A stretch of DNA of 64,000 nucleotides from an uncultured virus (IMG/VR IMGVR_UViG_3300033144_005150) (Duplodnaviria > Heunggongvirae > Uroviricota > Caudoviricetes), in the IMG/VR virus record IMGVR_UViG_3300033144_005150, one strand, 5' to 3'. The notes under the pieces were generated by a model. The model was not told the origin of the DNA. It did no database searches and saw only the letters and a program-made list of their open reading frames with translations. Positions 55,121-64,000 of the stretch are shown one piece after another. Made by a program: the position numbers and the translations under genes. The first letter of the stretch is position 1; each line of letters starts with the position of its first letter.

Positions 55121-55860
55121 AGGGCGTGGTCGATACCGACGACGAGTTCGTCGTTGTCGATCGTGATGGCGAAGATGTCCCCGTGTTGGAACTGACCGGA
55201 GCCAGCCTTCGGGAACAGGATGCGACCACGGTCCTTGACGATGCCGTAGTTCACCGAGTTGGGGACCTGGTCCAGACTCACGATGGCGCGATCGGGGCCG
55301 TCCTCGAAACGGACCCACGCCTTGTCGCCGGCTTTGAAGCGCCGACCGGTGGCGTGCATGAGCGCCTCGAATGCGATGCGAGGCACGCACAGACGATGGT
55401 CCGCGTGGACCGTGGCTTTCATGTCCACCTTGCTCGGCACCTTGGGCGCCATCGGGACCGCCTGGATCGGATGCTCCGTTGGCATCGCGGTCAGGCCAGC
55501 GCCGTGCTTGGGGATGTCCAGCTCGAACGGGAAGTTGTCCACGTCGTCGTCGTCAGCACCGTAGACGAACACCGTGGTGCCCGAAGGGGTGCGGCCGAGG
55601 CCGGCGCAGACTCGAGGGACCTGCACGGCTGGCTGGCCGCTGTAGTCCACTTCCTGGTTGTAGAACTTGTCCTGGCATCGCTCCCCGATCCAACCGACCT
55701 TGAAGTTCAGCTTGGGACTGTACACCCGAAGGATGGTGGCGATGTGGCCGCTCGTGTACGGCTGGCCGAGTTGGGTCGTGCAGGTGATGAAATCATCGAC
55801 CCCCTCTTCCCAGGTTGCGGATTTCAGGATGGCGGTTTTCAGTGCGTCTTCGTTTTGCAT
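55117..55860 (-). CDS. hypothetical protein
   Basis: 247 aa; AAGGA RBS. Confidence 0.75.
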   Translation of the reverse strand: MQNEDALKTAILKSATWEEGVDDFITCTTQLGQPYTSGHIATILRVYSPKLNFKVGWIGERCQDKFYNQEVDYSGQPAVQVPRVCAGLGRTPSGTTVFVYGADDDDVDNFPFELDIPKHGAGLTAMPTEHPIQAVPMAPKVPSKVDMKATVHADHRLCVPRIAFEALMHATGRRFKAGDKAWVRFEDGPDRAIVSLDQVPNSVNYGIVKDRGRILFPKAGSGQFQHGDIFAITIDNDELVVGIDHAL

Positions 55861-55911
55861 GTGGTTCCTTGGCTCAATGAGTTCCGGTGTTGGTTTGCTT
55901 GGGGTGGGTGA

Positions 55912-56499
55912 TTAGCTCAGGTCGAAATCGAAAAGCGACGGGTCCGGGGTGGTGGACCCCGGGTCGAAGCCGGCTTGGACCAGCGCGTCACGTAAGTCGA
56001 ACAAGAGAGGGTCGTCGGCTCCTCCCAGTGCATTGGCCAAAGCTGCCAGGCCATCTGGGTTGAGTCGCAGTTTGAGTTTTTTCGTACGCTTCTTACCTTC
56101 GGGCGTGAGGACGTTCTCGAACTCAACGTTCGCCCAAATCTCTGACCGGCGACGTTCGAGCTCTTTCATGTAGGCCAGGAACTGGTCCAGCGAAGGCTCC
56201 GGGTTGACTTCCCAAAGAGTGGCGGCTTGACCGCTTGGCGTTTGGGTGATGTGCCCTGAATCGCGAACCAGGCCAGCGTCGGCAAGCTCCCCACGTCGAG
56301 GCCGCACGGTGTTTTCGCTGAGGCCGGTGATCTTGTGAAGTTGAAAATCGGCCGCGCGCCCCTCTGTAAACAGGGCGCCATAGATCCTTTTGCGGCCTTT
56401 GACGATGAACTTCTCGATGAAACGTGCGGCCTCCATGCTCGTCCCGAGGTTCGAGTAGGGCGCCGCCTTCGGGTCGAAATCGAATCGGTCGTCATCCAT
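55912..56499 (-). CDS. winged-helix DNA-binding protein
   Basis: TGLSENTVRPRRGELADAGLVRDSG...TPSG. Confidence 0.7.
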   Translation of the reverse strand: MDDDRFDFDPKAAPYSNLGTSMEAARFIEKFIVKGRKRIYGALFTEGRAADFQLHKITGLSENTVRPRRGELADAGLVRDSGHITQTPSGQAATLWEVNPEPSLDQFLAYMKELERRRSEIWANVEFENVLTPEGKKRTKKLKLRLNPDGLAALANALGGADDPLLFDLRDALVQAGFDPGSTTPDPSLFDFDLS

Positions 56500-56704
56500 T
56501 TTTTCGTGCTCCTCCTAGATCCGCGACGACGCTGATATGGGCTGCCTTTCGACCGCCCTCATCTGAGTCCAAAGGTTGCTGTTGGCCGCGTTCTTTGGCT
56601 CGCTCCAGGCTCTCGAGAATCTCGTCGTACGCCTGATCGTCCGCACCCTCTTTGTAGAGGAGCAACGTCAGGTGTAGTCCGAGAGTCTCGATCGCCCTCT
56701 TCAT
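56492..56704 (-). CDS. small hypothetical protein
   Basis: TAATG overlap with PARP gene stop. Confidence 0.55.
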   Translation of the reverse strand: MKRAIETLGLHLTLLLYKEGADDQAYDEILESLERAKERGQQQPLDSDEGGRKAAHISVVADLGGARKNG

Positions 56705-58368
56705 TACCGCCCCACCCGTGCTTCGATGACGTAGCGGATGAACTGCTGTTTGGGATCGAAGATGACGTGCTCGTCGTTGCCGAGGCTCATGCTGTTGCGA
56801 CGACCGGTGGCAGCGAAGACGGAGTCCGTGCCTCGTGGGCACGTTGTCGTGGTCCACATGGTGTCTGTGGCCATGTGGGCTTTGCCCATGGTCAGGTCGC
56901 ACAGGAACATGAAGAACCCGCGCGACTTGATGCCACCGCCGCCACCGTAGTAGCCGCCTCCTGTGTAGCCGTGCGACTTTTTAATGTCGGTCGCAAAGTA
57001 GATGCCGTGGCCGAAGGCAGCGCCCGTGATGTGGACGCCCTTGAGGCTCTTGGGGAGCCGGAGGTCGGATGACAGGATCGGCTGGACGTTGACGGCACGA
57101 GTGCCGTGGATGCCGATGCAGATGTTGGCGTCTCCGTACCAGTCCGCCATGTCCTGGATGTCGATGCGTTCCTTGGGTTGGTGGCCGGCACGGTTGTGCT
57201 TCGTTCCCTTGCGACTCTTGGCGATGGTCTTCGCGCGGTCCATGAACGCCTTGCGCTTGGCTACGTCCTCGACCGCGAACATATTGAGGACCTTGAACCC
57301 ACCACGGAGGTTGCCGTGACGGTTGTTGGTCATGCCCAGGTAGGTCGCCTCGACGTACTGGCCGAGTTCGGACTTGGGGTCGATCCAGGTGATGTTGCGA
57401 CCCAGGACCTTGTTGGGGTCCACTTGGTTGTCTTCCTGGATCTCGGCCTCGAAGTCCTCGTTGAGCAACGCAGCCTCGAACGCATCGAGGTCCTGCTGCA
57501 CAAGGAGGATGTTGTTTGAACTCAGGATGACCGCGGACGCATCACCGGTTCGAGGGATGGGGCGCGGGACGATTGTGGCGACGAAGGTGGACAGGTCTTG
57601 CAGCTTCTTGTTCTTGAGCTGCTTGGCCAGAAGTTTGTCGGGGTCCGGGTCCGTGCCGATCTTTGCGAGGATTCCGAGCGCGTCGGGGATCAACTCGTCA
57701 CGCACCTTGGCGATCGAATCCATCGTCGGCGTAACACCGGACTTCGCAGCAGCGGCACGAGCGTAGTCGACCGTACCTCCGACGAGCGACTTGGCGAGAG
57801 CGATGACCTGCGGCTGTGCGTCGATCTTCTTCTTGGACTTGGTCTTCTTCTTGGCCGCCTTCTTTTTGGTGCCCTTCTTGGCAACCCCGGAGTCGTCCTT
57901 GATCCCGTAGGCGTCGGGAAGTCCACGCTCACGAGTGGCGAGTTTCTGGACAACATAGCCCGACTTGCCTTTCTTGCCGACCCAGATTTCGCTGCTCCCG
58001 ATCTTCTTCTTCTCGATGACCTTGATGTTCTTCGTGCGACACTGCTTCTCGAAGAACGCACGAGCGTCAGCTTCACCGTTGCACTGCACGAACTGATAAT
58101 CCTGGCTCTGAAAACCCTGGTCCCAGGATTTTCCTCCCACGATGCGTCCCCATTCGAGGTACACGAACCATGATCCATCCGCGTTGACGACCCCCGCGTG
58201 GTAGTACTTGTTCTTGTTGTCGGACCCGAGTTGATCGATGCAGACCATGTCGGCAATGCCGACATCGGGTCCGAAATCATCTTGATCAACGGCGGGGCGA
58301 CCTTGGTACTTGAAGTCGTCCGCACTGAAATTAGAAGGGAACTCTTTCCTGCCGAGTTTCGTTGCCAT
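56704..58368 (-). CDS. WGR-domain PARP-like ADP-ribosyltransferase
   Basis: N-terminal NKYY...EWGRI; HGTR, FGHGIYFA..KSHGY, DEHVIF (H-Y-E triad). Confidence 0.88.
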   Translation of the reverse strand: MATKLGRKEFPSNFSADDFKYQGRPAVDQDDFGPDVGIADMVCIDQLGSDNKNKYYHAGVVNADGSWFVYLEWGRIVGGKSWDQGFQSQDYQFVQCNGEADARAFFEKQCRTKNIKVIEKKKIGSSEIWVGKKGKSGYVVQKLATRERGLPDAYGIKDDSGVAKKGTKKKAAKKKTKSKKKIDAQPQVIALAKSLVGGTVDYARAAAAKSGVTPTMDSIAKVRDELIPDALGILAKIGTDPDPDKLLAKQLKNKKLQDLSTFVATIVPRPIPRTGDASAVILSSNNILLVQQDLDAFEAALLNEDFEAEIQEDNQVDPNKVLGRNITWIDPKSELGQYVEATYLGMTNNRHGNLRGGFKVLNMFAVEDVAKRKAFMDRAKTIAKSRKGTKHNRAGHQPKERIDIQDMADWYGDANICIGIHGTRAVNVQPILSSDLRLPKSLKGVHITGAAFGHGIYFATDIKKSHGYTGGGYYGGGGGIKSRGFFMFLCDLTMGKAHMATDTMWTTTTCPRGTDSVFAATGRRNSMSLGNDEHVIFDPKQQFIRYVIEARVGR

Positions 58369-58524
58369 CTGGTTTTCCTGTTGGTCTTTCGTCCGTTGTC
58401 TGAGACTTGGAGCTGACCGCTCAAACCTTCTACCCCTTGATGGCGGGATCACTTACGCACGGGGCGGGGGAACTTTTTACATACGCCAGGAGGGTTTTTC
58501 ACGAAAAGGCGTATAACCCCTGAG

Positions 58525-58782
58525 ATGAAGTGCCCCTACTGCCCTGCGCAAATCGCGTATCTTGGAGAAAAGCACGACTGCCCCTTCCCGGAGCTATCCA
58601 GCGGTGATCCTCTTGGGCCCGAGGATTTCGGCGGGACCGACGAAGGCTCCCACTACATGTCGTCCAGCCAGGGCATGAAAGGGCTCGGCTACGGGACGAC
58701 CGAGGCCGACACCTGTGTGGTGATCGGCCCCGCGCACCCTTCCCAGGTCAAAGACATCGTAGGCGACCTCAAACTTCTGTAA
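58525..58782 (+). CDS. hypothetical protein
   Basis: MKCPYC...HDC; TATAAC 7 nt upstream. Confidence 0.6.
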   Translation: MKCPYCPAQIAYLGEKHDCPFPELSSGDPLGPEDFGGTDEGSHYMSSSQGMKGLGYGTTEADTCVVIGPAHPSQVKDIVGDLKLL

Positions 58783-58810
58783 CGTTTTTCAGGTTTCTCG
58801 AATAAAGTCC

Positions 58811-58839
58811 TTGACGCCAAGGTCTGAGGCGACTAGAAC
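58811..58839 (+). promoter_or_regulatory. sigma70-type promoter of Glu/Asn tRNA operon
   Basis: TTGACG-N17-TAGAAC. Confidence 0.65.
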
Positions 58840-58869
58840 GGAATTCCACTTCTGAAGTGGAACAGAACC

Positions 58870-58962
58870 ATGGCACTCCTGCTCAATACTTACCCCGTGC
58901 GGCCCGCTCTCGTTGAACGAGAGTGTGAGGGTGAACCATGCCTGCGCGGGGCAAATAGCTAA
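58870..58962 (+). CDS. leader peptide with clustered Glu and two Asn codons
   Basis: MALLLNTYPVRPALVERECEGEPCLRGANS. Confidence 0.6.
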   Translation: MALLLNTYPVRPALVERECEGEPCLRGANS

Positions 58963-59026
58963 GCAGTTCGAGAGCCAAAAGCCAACGAACGACAGCTACC
59001 CCGCGCAGGAAGGTTCATCCCCTCTT

Positions 59027-59103
59027 GCCGGAGTGGTCTAGCGGCTTAGGATGTCCGACTTTCACTCGGAAGATCGCGGGTTCGAATCCCGTCTCCGGTA
59101 CCA
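59027..59103 (+). tRNA. tRNA-Glu(TTC)
   Basis: TCCGA-CTTTCAC-TCGGA; CCA. Confidence 0.95.
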
Positions 59104-59106
59104 CCT

Positions 59107-59183
59107 GTCCCGTTCGTCTAGTTGGCCTAGGATCTTCGCCTCTCACGCGGAAGACACCGGTTCGAATCCGGTACGGTACACCA
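59107..59183 (+). tRNA. tRNA-Glu(CTC)
   Basis: TTCGC-CTCTCAC-GCGGA; CCA. Confidence 0.9.
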
Positions 59184-59186
59184 CAT

Positions 59187-59258
59187 GCTCCATTCGTATA
59201 GTGGTTAATACCGCGGGTTCTCAGTCCGCAAACCGGAGTTCAATTCTCCGATGGAGCA
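59187..59258 (+). tRNA. tRNA-Glu(CTC)
   Basis: GCGGG-TTCTCAG-TCCGC. Confidence 0.9.
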
Positions 59259-59348
59259 CTAAGTGTCGAGGTCGAGGACAGTGGCCGCTGTCATCTCGTG
59301 AAGCATCCTAACCCGATCGGGGTGACCTAAAAGATCGGAACTTTTCAA

Positions 59349-59424
59349 GGGTCGGTAGCTCAGTGGTCAGAGCGGCTGTTTGTTAGTCAGCGGGTCGTGA
59401 GTTCAACTCTCACCCGGCCCTCCA
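59349..59424 (+). tRNA. tRNA-Asn(GTT), divergent
   Basis: loop TTGTTAG; CCA. Confidence 0.8.
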
Positions 59425-59432
59425 AATTTCAT

Positions 59433-59507
59433 TCCGAAATGGTGTCAGCGGTAACACGGCGCACTGTTAATGCGCAATCGGGGGTTCGAATCCCTCTTTC
59501 GGAGCCA
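59433..59507 (+). tRNA. tRNA-Asn(GTT)
   Basis: GCGCA-CTGTTAA-TGCGC; G73-CCA. Confidence 0.92.
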
Positions 59508-59632
59508 TTTTTGAAGAAGCGCAGTGGGAGGACTCGAACCTCCCGGAAGCCCAACCTTACGGAACAGCAACCCCTCCGTCGGCCTGCGCCTGTCCATCGT
59601 ACCCGTTGGTGCGTCTATAGGCGCCCCTTCAT

Positions 59633-59863
59633 GTGACGAAGCTGAGCCTCCTGGATCTCATCGACGAGTATCAAAACTCGACCGGTGGGGCCTTGTCCCG
59701 CGTCGTGCGCTACGACGAAGACGGGGTGACGCCCCTCGTCATCGAGTTTTCACGTACCGACGACGAGGGGACTGTCTGGACTACACAGCGCAATTTGAAG
59801 ACCGGTGACTACCAAGCCCCTACGCGGACTTCGCCGACCGTACCCTTGATGACGAAGACCTGA
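59633..59863 (+). CDS. small hypothetical protein
   Basis: 76-aa ORF. Confidence 0.5.
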   Translation: MTKLSLLDLIDEYQNSTGGALSRVVRYDEDGVTPLVIEFSRTDDEGTVWTTQRNLKTGDYQAPTRTSPTVPLMTKT

Positions 59864-60888
59864 TCGCTCGGGTCCACGGACTCGTTCTCGGGGAGCATGG
59901 GCATCCCCTTCTGGAACCCGAGTTCCATGATGCTCTTGAGGCCCTTGAGCTTGTCGGTGCCTCCCAGAGCTTCCTGGCTCTCGTCGTAGTAGTCGAACCA
60001 CGGGTAGCCCTGGCGCGTGTACACGGAAGCCGTCACCGGGGTTGTGGGCGCCTTCTTCTGGGTGATCGCTTCCCAGGCCATCGAGTTGGCGAGGTGAACG
60101 AAGCACCGAGCCCTCTGGGACCGTTGCCACACTTCCATGCCGTGCGGGTCTTTGAAGATCTCCTGCTTCATCTTGCCGCCAGCACCGATGCCCATCTCGG
60201 CCGAGACACCGCGCTCGTTCTCCATGGAGTCACTCAGGCACAGGGTGCTGGCGTAAACGCCGGGAGCTGCGAAACCGCCGCCACGCGTGACGCCGCCGCT
60301 GGTCTTGACCTCACGCGGTTTGATCTTCGGGAACTTCTTGTCGAAGGTCAGGAAGTCCATCGGGTACACCTCGATCTGGATGCCACCGTGGTCGGCCTTC
60401 CCAGTGAGTTGCTCCTCGGCCGTGAACCCAGCACCGAGCGGGGCTGCCACGAACTGGCGCACTTGATCATCATCGACCGCATACCCATCGATCCAGGGCT
60501 GCTCGGGAACGACACAGTAGTCATCCTCCGTCATCACCTTGACCCACTCGTCACCGGTGATCGCCGAGATCTTGCCGGTGCCGATTTTGACGGCGAACGG
60601 GTAACGGGTACGGCGCTTCGGGATGTTCTTGGAGCTGAACTTGATCCACAGCGCTTCGGCTTGGTACATCGGCAGCATCACGCCACCATGATCGAGCCAC
60701 TTGGCCGGCACACGCTCACGATGGTCATCGACGTGCTGGAGCGGGAACGTGCCGAGCCCAGGAGGGAGCGGGTATGTCTTGTCGTCGTCGGGGATCCGAA
60801 GGGTTCGGACAAAGGTGATGGTGAGTTCCGCATCCGGGTGGATTTCGGGGAACGTGAATTTCAGGGTGTCTCCGTTGAGTTCGAGCAT
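59809..60888 (-). CDS. conserved hypothetical protein
   Basis: RTLRIPDD..YPLPPGLG.FPL, LPMYQAEALW, QPWIDG, RQFVA.PLG.G. Confidence 0.85.
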   Translation of the reverse strand: MLELNGDTLKFTFPEIHPDAELTITFVRTLRIPDDDKTYPLPPGLGTFPLQHVDDHRERVPAKWLDHGGVMLPMYQAEALWIKFSSKNIPKRRTRYPFAVKIGTGKISAITGDEWVKVMTEDDYCVVPEQPWIDGYAVDDDQVRQFVAAPLGAGFTAEEQLTGKADHGGIQIEVYPMDFLTFDKKFPKIKPREVKTSGGVTRGGGFAAPGVYASTLCLSDSMENERGVSAEMGIGAGGKMKQEIFKDPHGMEVWQRSQRARCFVHLANSMAWEAITQKKAPTTPVTASVYTRQGYPWFDYYDESQEALGGTDKLKGLKSIMELGFQKGMPMLPENESVDPSDQVFVIKGTVGEVRVGAW

Positions 60889-60918
60889 CTGTCTTCTCTT
60901 TTCACATTGGGTTGGTGG

Positions 60919-61272
60919 TTACCACTCTCCGTCTCGAACTTCACGAACGACACGAACGATGGCGTGGTCAGCTAGATCGGCAAACTGTTCGATGACCGAG
61001 GCGAACAGCTCTGGGCGCTTGGAAATGATCTCGACGAGTCGAGGGGAGATTTTGCCGGCCAGGGCCATCAGCACGTCGAGGTTCTCCCCAAGCTCGCGTG
61101 CGAGGGCCTCGATGACCTCTTCGGACGGGGGCTTCGTCTTCCCGCTCTCCAGGTGGCTCAGGTACGTCGGAGAGATGCCCGCACGGCTTGCGACCTTGCG
61201 GAGCCCGTACTGAGGGCTCTCGGCTCCCAGAGCCGTCCTGCGGGCTCTGATGTGGTCTCCGAATTTGGACAC
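60919..61272 (-). CDS. XRE-family HTH regulator
   Basis: GLRKVASRAGISPTYLSHLESG..PPSE. Confidence 0.88.
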   Translation of the reverse strand: MSKFGDHIRARRTALGAESPQYGLRKVASRAGISPTYLSHLESGKTKPPSEEVIEALARELGENLDVLMALAGKISPRLVEIISKRPELFASVIEQFADLADHAIVRVVREVRDGEW

Positions 61273-61360
61273 ACAGAGTGTTTAGTCTTTGCAAACGCTC
61301 GTGTCAACCCCTAATCGACAGCGAGATTCTCGCTCAGGTTTCCGGGTAGGTTGAGGGGCC

Positions 61361-61882
61361 ATGCGAAGTTTCATGACTGTCACCCTTCTGGTCGGCCTGG
61401 TTTTCACGATGGGGTGCCCCAAAGCTGAGACGGCTCAGCAGGTGGACAAGATCGAGGATTCGACGAAAAAACCCAAACCCGTTCCCGCAACGGCGATGGT
61501 CCTCATTCGGAACACGCACAAGGCTCTCGAGGCCGACTGCGGAGAGCATTTGCCGGAGGTCAAAAAAGGGGCTGAGCTCGCGAAGCTCGCGGTTTCCGAG
61601 TCAGATCAGAAGGAGGCCGACACTCTCCTAGCCGACATCGGTTTGTTCGCCCAGCAGTGCGCCAGCTACGATGCCCCGGAGCCCAAGACGGAAGGGTGCA
61701 GCCAGGACTGCTCCCGGTGCCCGGTCAAGTGGTACTGGTGCATCGAGAACGCCGGAGCCTGTGCTGGGGGCGACCACAAAGCGTGCTGCAAGCTCGGAGC
61801 CTGCGGGTCCAAACACCACTGCGAAAAGGTGTGCAAGTCGAGCTGTAGCTGCGACGTGTCGCCAGAGCCGGCCGGCGGCTGA
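61361..61882 (+). CDS. Cys-rich putative lipoprotein
   Basis: signal ending TMGC; many C-terminal Cys. Confidence 0.7.
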   Translation: MRSFMTVTLLVGLVFTMGCPKAETAQQVDKIEDSTKKPKPVPATAMVLIRNTHKALEADCGEHLPEVKKGAELAKLAVSESDQKEADTLLADIGLFAQQCASYDAPEPKTEGCSQDCSRCPVKWYWCIENAGACAGGDHKACCKLGACGSKHHCEKVCKSSCSCDVSPEPAGG

Positions 61883-61961
61883 TCGATCTGCGGACATGAA
61901 AAGACCCCCGGCCCGGATCGGGCACGAGGGTCTTCTCAAATCCCTCTCTGACTGACGGGTG

Positions 61962-62426
61962 TTAGGCGGCCCTCCGCTTGGGGGCAGCCTTTTTGCGAGC
62001 GGTGGTGGTTTTCTTGGGTGCCGCCTTCTTGCGAGCGGTCGTTTTCTTCGCGGCTTTCTTCGCGGTCGTCTTCTTGGGGGCTGCCTTCTTGGGGGCTGCC
62101 TTCTTGGGGGCTGCCTTCTTGCGAGACGTGGTTTTCTTGGCTGCCTTCTTCGCCGTCTTTTTCGGCGCAGCCTTCTTGCGAGCCGTCGTCTTCTTGGCGG
62201 ATTTTTTCGCCTTGGGCTTCGCGGTTGCTTTCTTCTTCGGTGTGGTCTTGGCCACCTTGGTCTTGTTCACCTTCTTGCGGGCCGTGGTCTTCTTCGCCGT
62301 CTTCTTGGCCTTGGGCTTGGCTTTCGCTTTTGCCTTCGTGCTCGAAGAGATCTTCTTGACGCGAGGGGTGGTGGCCTTCTTGGCCTTGGATTTCGCCTTC
62401 GCTTTGGTCTTTGTAGCTGTCGTCAT
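61962..62426 (-). CDS. histone H1-like (Hc2/AlgP-type) basic protein
   Basis: KKAAPKK and KKTTARKK repeats; GGAG RBS; terminator-like hairpin at about 61899-61935. Confidence 0.85.
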   Translation of the reverse strand: MTTATKTKAKAKSKAKKATTPRVKKISSSTKAKAKAKPKAKKTAKKTTARKKVNKTKVAKTTPKKKATAKPKAKKSAKKTTARKKAAPKKTAKKAAKKTTSRKKAAPKKAAPKKAAPKKTTAKKAAKKTTARKKAAPKKTTTARKKAAPKRRAA

Positions 62427-62683
62427 GTGTTTCTCCATCTGTCCGTCTGAGAGGGAGCGGCAGTGCCGCATCGTGAAAATAGTACCCGCAGAAAATCAAA
62501 TCGTCTCAACGGTATGATGAGGTCAGCCATGTGTTCCTCCTTTGCAGGAGAGGACGTGCCCCCTTCGGATAAGTAGTGCCATCCGGAGGGGGCTTTTTTG
62601 TAGTGCTTCCACCGCTGTCCAGATCGCGTAGTATGAGGACGCGGGTTCGTACAACACGGACCCATCACACGGAGACACAACAC

Positions 62684-63217
62684 ATGACCGACAGTAAAAA
62701 AGCATCCCAGCTTCCGGGCGATGAGCCTGAAACCACTGAGACTCAAGAAACGGTGGCCACCCTCGTGGAACGCAAGACTCCAGCACCCACCCGAATCAAA
62801 GGCAACAGCGTGGTTCGTGACTCGTTGCGCAGGGCACGACAAAAAGCAGAAGAGGACTCCGAGAGCAGCGTCCAGGAGTACACCCTCGTCCGGGACGACA
62901 ACCGTCCTCTCCGGTTCAACGGCATCCTGGTCGGCTACAACGAAGTGAACATCGAAGAGGATCCTCGTGGGACCCAGGTCCAGATCTTCGTCACAGGCTC
63001 ACGGAAGATCATCACCGCGGTTTACCAGTGGCAGCGCAAAGAAGGGCTCGAGCGTGAACGGCACAAAGCCAAAGTTCACGAAAACCCGGAGGCGGCTGTG
63101 GAGTTCCTCGAAGAGGACGGTGGTGGAAAGCTCGGTCGGGCTTCACGGGAAGCCTGGGACATGGCCTGCCAGGTCGAACCCTCTCTCAAGGGTCACGACG
63201 TGGAAGTGATCGACTAG
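62684..63217 (+). CDS. hypothetical protein
   Basis: GGAG RBS; 177 aa. Confidence 0.7.
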   Translation: MTDSKKASQLPGDEPETTETQETVATLVERKTPAPTRIKGNSVVRDSLRRARQKAEEDSESSVQEYTLVRDDNRPLRFNGILVGYNEVNIEEDPRGTQVQIFVTGSRKIITAVYQWQRKEGLERERHKAKVHENPEAAVEFLEEDGGGKLGRASREAWDMACQVEPSLKGHDVEVID

Positions 63218-63259
63218 GATCTCGGTGTCTTCTCTATCGGTCTCCGTAAGGTAAGACCG

Positions 63260-63571
63260 ATGGCGAAACCTATCCCGATCCCGCAGCTTCTTCTTTTCAC
63301 GCTGCCCGCAGTTTTGACGACTGTGATCTTGGCCCTGACCCCTCTTGGGTGGGACCTCCACACGCAGCTTGAAAATTCACGAGCCGAAGTCTTCGAGCTT
63401 CGTGAAGTTCTGCACACACAAGTGACCTGCACTCCGGTGCAAGTCACTTGTGTGTGTCCCGAGTACGACCAAGGCTGGGACGATGCCGAGTTTGCCGAAG
63501 GGATCGCCATCGAAGACCTCGAACTGATCTGCGCCGAGCTCAACGAGTTCGGGTACCTCCCTCGCTGCTGA
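63260..63571 (+). CDS. membrane-anchored hypothetical protein
   Basis: N-terminal TM segment. Confidence 0.6.
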   Translation: MAKPIPIPQLLLFTLPAVLTTVILALTPLGWDLHTQLENSRAEVFELREVLHTQVTCTPVQVTCVCPEYDQGWDDAEFAEGIAIEDLELICAELNEFGYLPRC

Positions 63572-63576
63572 CCTCT

Positions 63577-63686
63577 GCGCTGGGCGTGTGGTACGCGCAG
63601 AGGAACTCGAAGCGGTAACGTTAGAGCGGGGATCTGCTTTGCCCCGGCCATTCTCTCTGTTCCAGGTTCGACTCCTGGCTGGTGCG
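63577..63686 (+). ncRNA. tRNA-like element
   Basis: GCGCTGG/CTGGTGC with G3:U70; T arm CCAGG-TTCGACT-CCTGG. Confidence 0.4.
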
Positions 63687-63730
63687 CTTTTTCTAAACTC
63701 AGGTCTTCGTCAGAAAAATGAAGAATTCGT

Positions 63731-63759
63731 TTGACTTCGCGTCTGAGCCCCGGTAAGCC
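63731..63759 (+). promoter_or_regulatory. sigma70-type promoter resembling that at 36924
   Basis: TTGACTTCGCGTCTGAGCCC vs TTGACTTCACGTCAGAGCCC; N17-TAAGCC. Confidence 0.65.
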
Positions 63760-63780
63760 TTTTGAACTGAGGTAGTCACC

Positions 63781-63927
63781 ATGACCAACGTCCAGAACAT
63801 CAACTGTCGAGTCTTCCAGTCCGTCGCCGCAGATCCTTCTGCAGCCGCCGCGGCAGGATCGTGCTCCGGTTCGTGCTCAGGATGGCGAGGTATGGAGCCC
63901 AGTAGTTACGTCTCCAGACGTGTCTAG
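63781..63927 (+). CDS. leader peptide rich in Ala/Ser/Gly/Cys
   Basis: GAGG RBS; MTNVQNINCRVFQSVAADPSAAAAAGSCSGSCSGWRGMEPSSYVSRRV. Confidence 0.55.
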   Translation: MTNVQNINCRVFQSVAADPSAAAAAGSCSGSCSGWRGMEPSSYVSRRV

Positions 63928-64000
63928 TCCCCTTCGGGTGTACTAGACAACCCCGGAGGGCTCTACGCCCCCGAGGCCGACTGGAGAGGCAAGAGACTTC

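Noticed and set aside
61959..62517. Hydrophobic plus-strand ORFs (AAFLGAAFL...)
   Set aside because: Antisense shadows of the Lys-rich H1-like gene.

Overview
Segment of a GC-rich jumbo (huge) bacteriophage genome: dense small ORFs, no core bacterial operons, and no capsid, terminase or rRNA operon in this window. A Myxococcota-like host is inferred from the sigma54-type promoters and the H1-like and FmdB genes. Region 1-8.7 kb is an array of small minus-strand genes, each behind a fixed-geometry regulatory module: sigma54-type -24/-12 promoters with start codons at a fixed distance, plus recurrent 18-bp and 16-bp palindromes. Region 8.8-64 kb carries about 20 tRNA genes plus atypical tRNA-like RNAs, RNase P RNA, EF-Tu, a CCA-adding enzyme, a Pth2-like hydrolase, UvrD, a WGR-PARP, AlkB, a P4H-like oxygenase, a Tad2-like protein and HNH nucleases. 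Four candidate new systems stand out. (1) tRNA operons are preceded by leader peptides enriched in the codons their own tRNAs decode, suggesting attenuation. (2) A ~430-nt RNA mimics the 23S rRNA L11-binding GTPase centre. (3) A ~480-nt RNA with two permuted tRNA-like modules follows a DUF7873-like gene. (4) The sigma54 leaderless cassette array itself. All calls come from reading the sequence by eye; no searches or folding programs were run.
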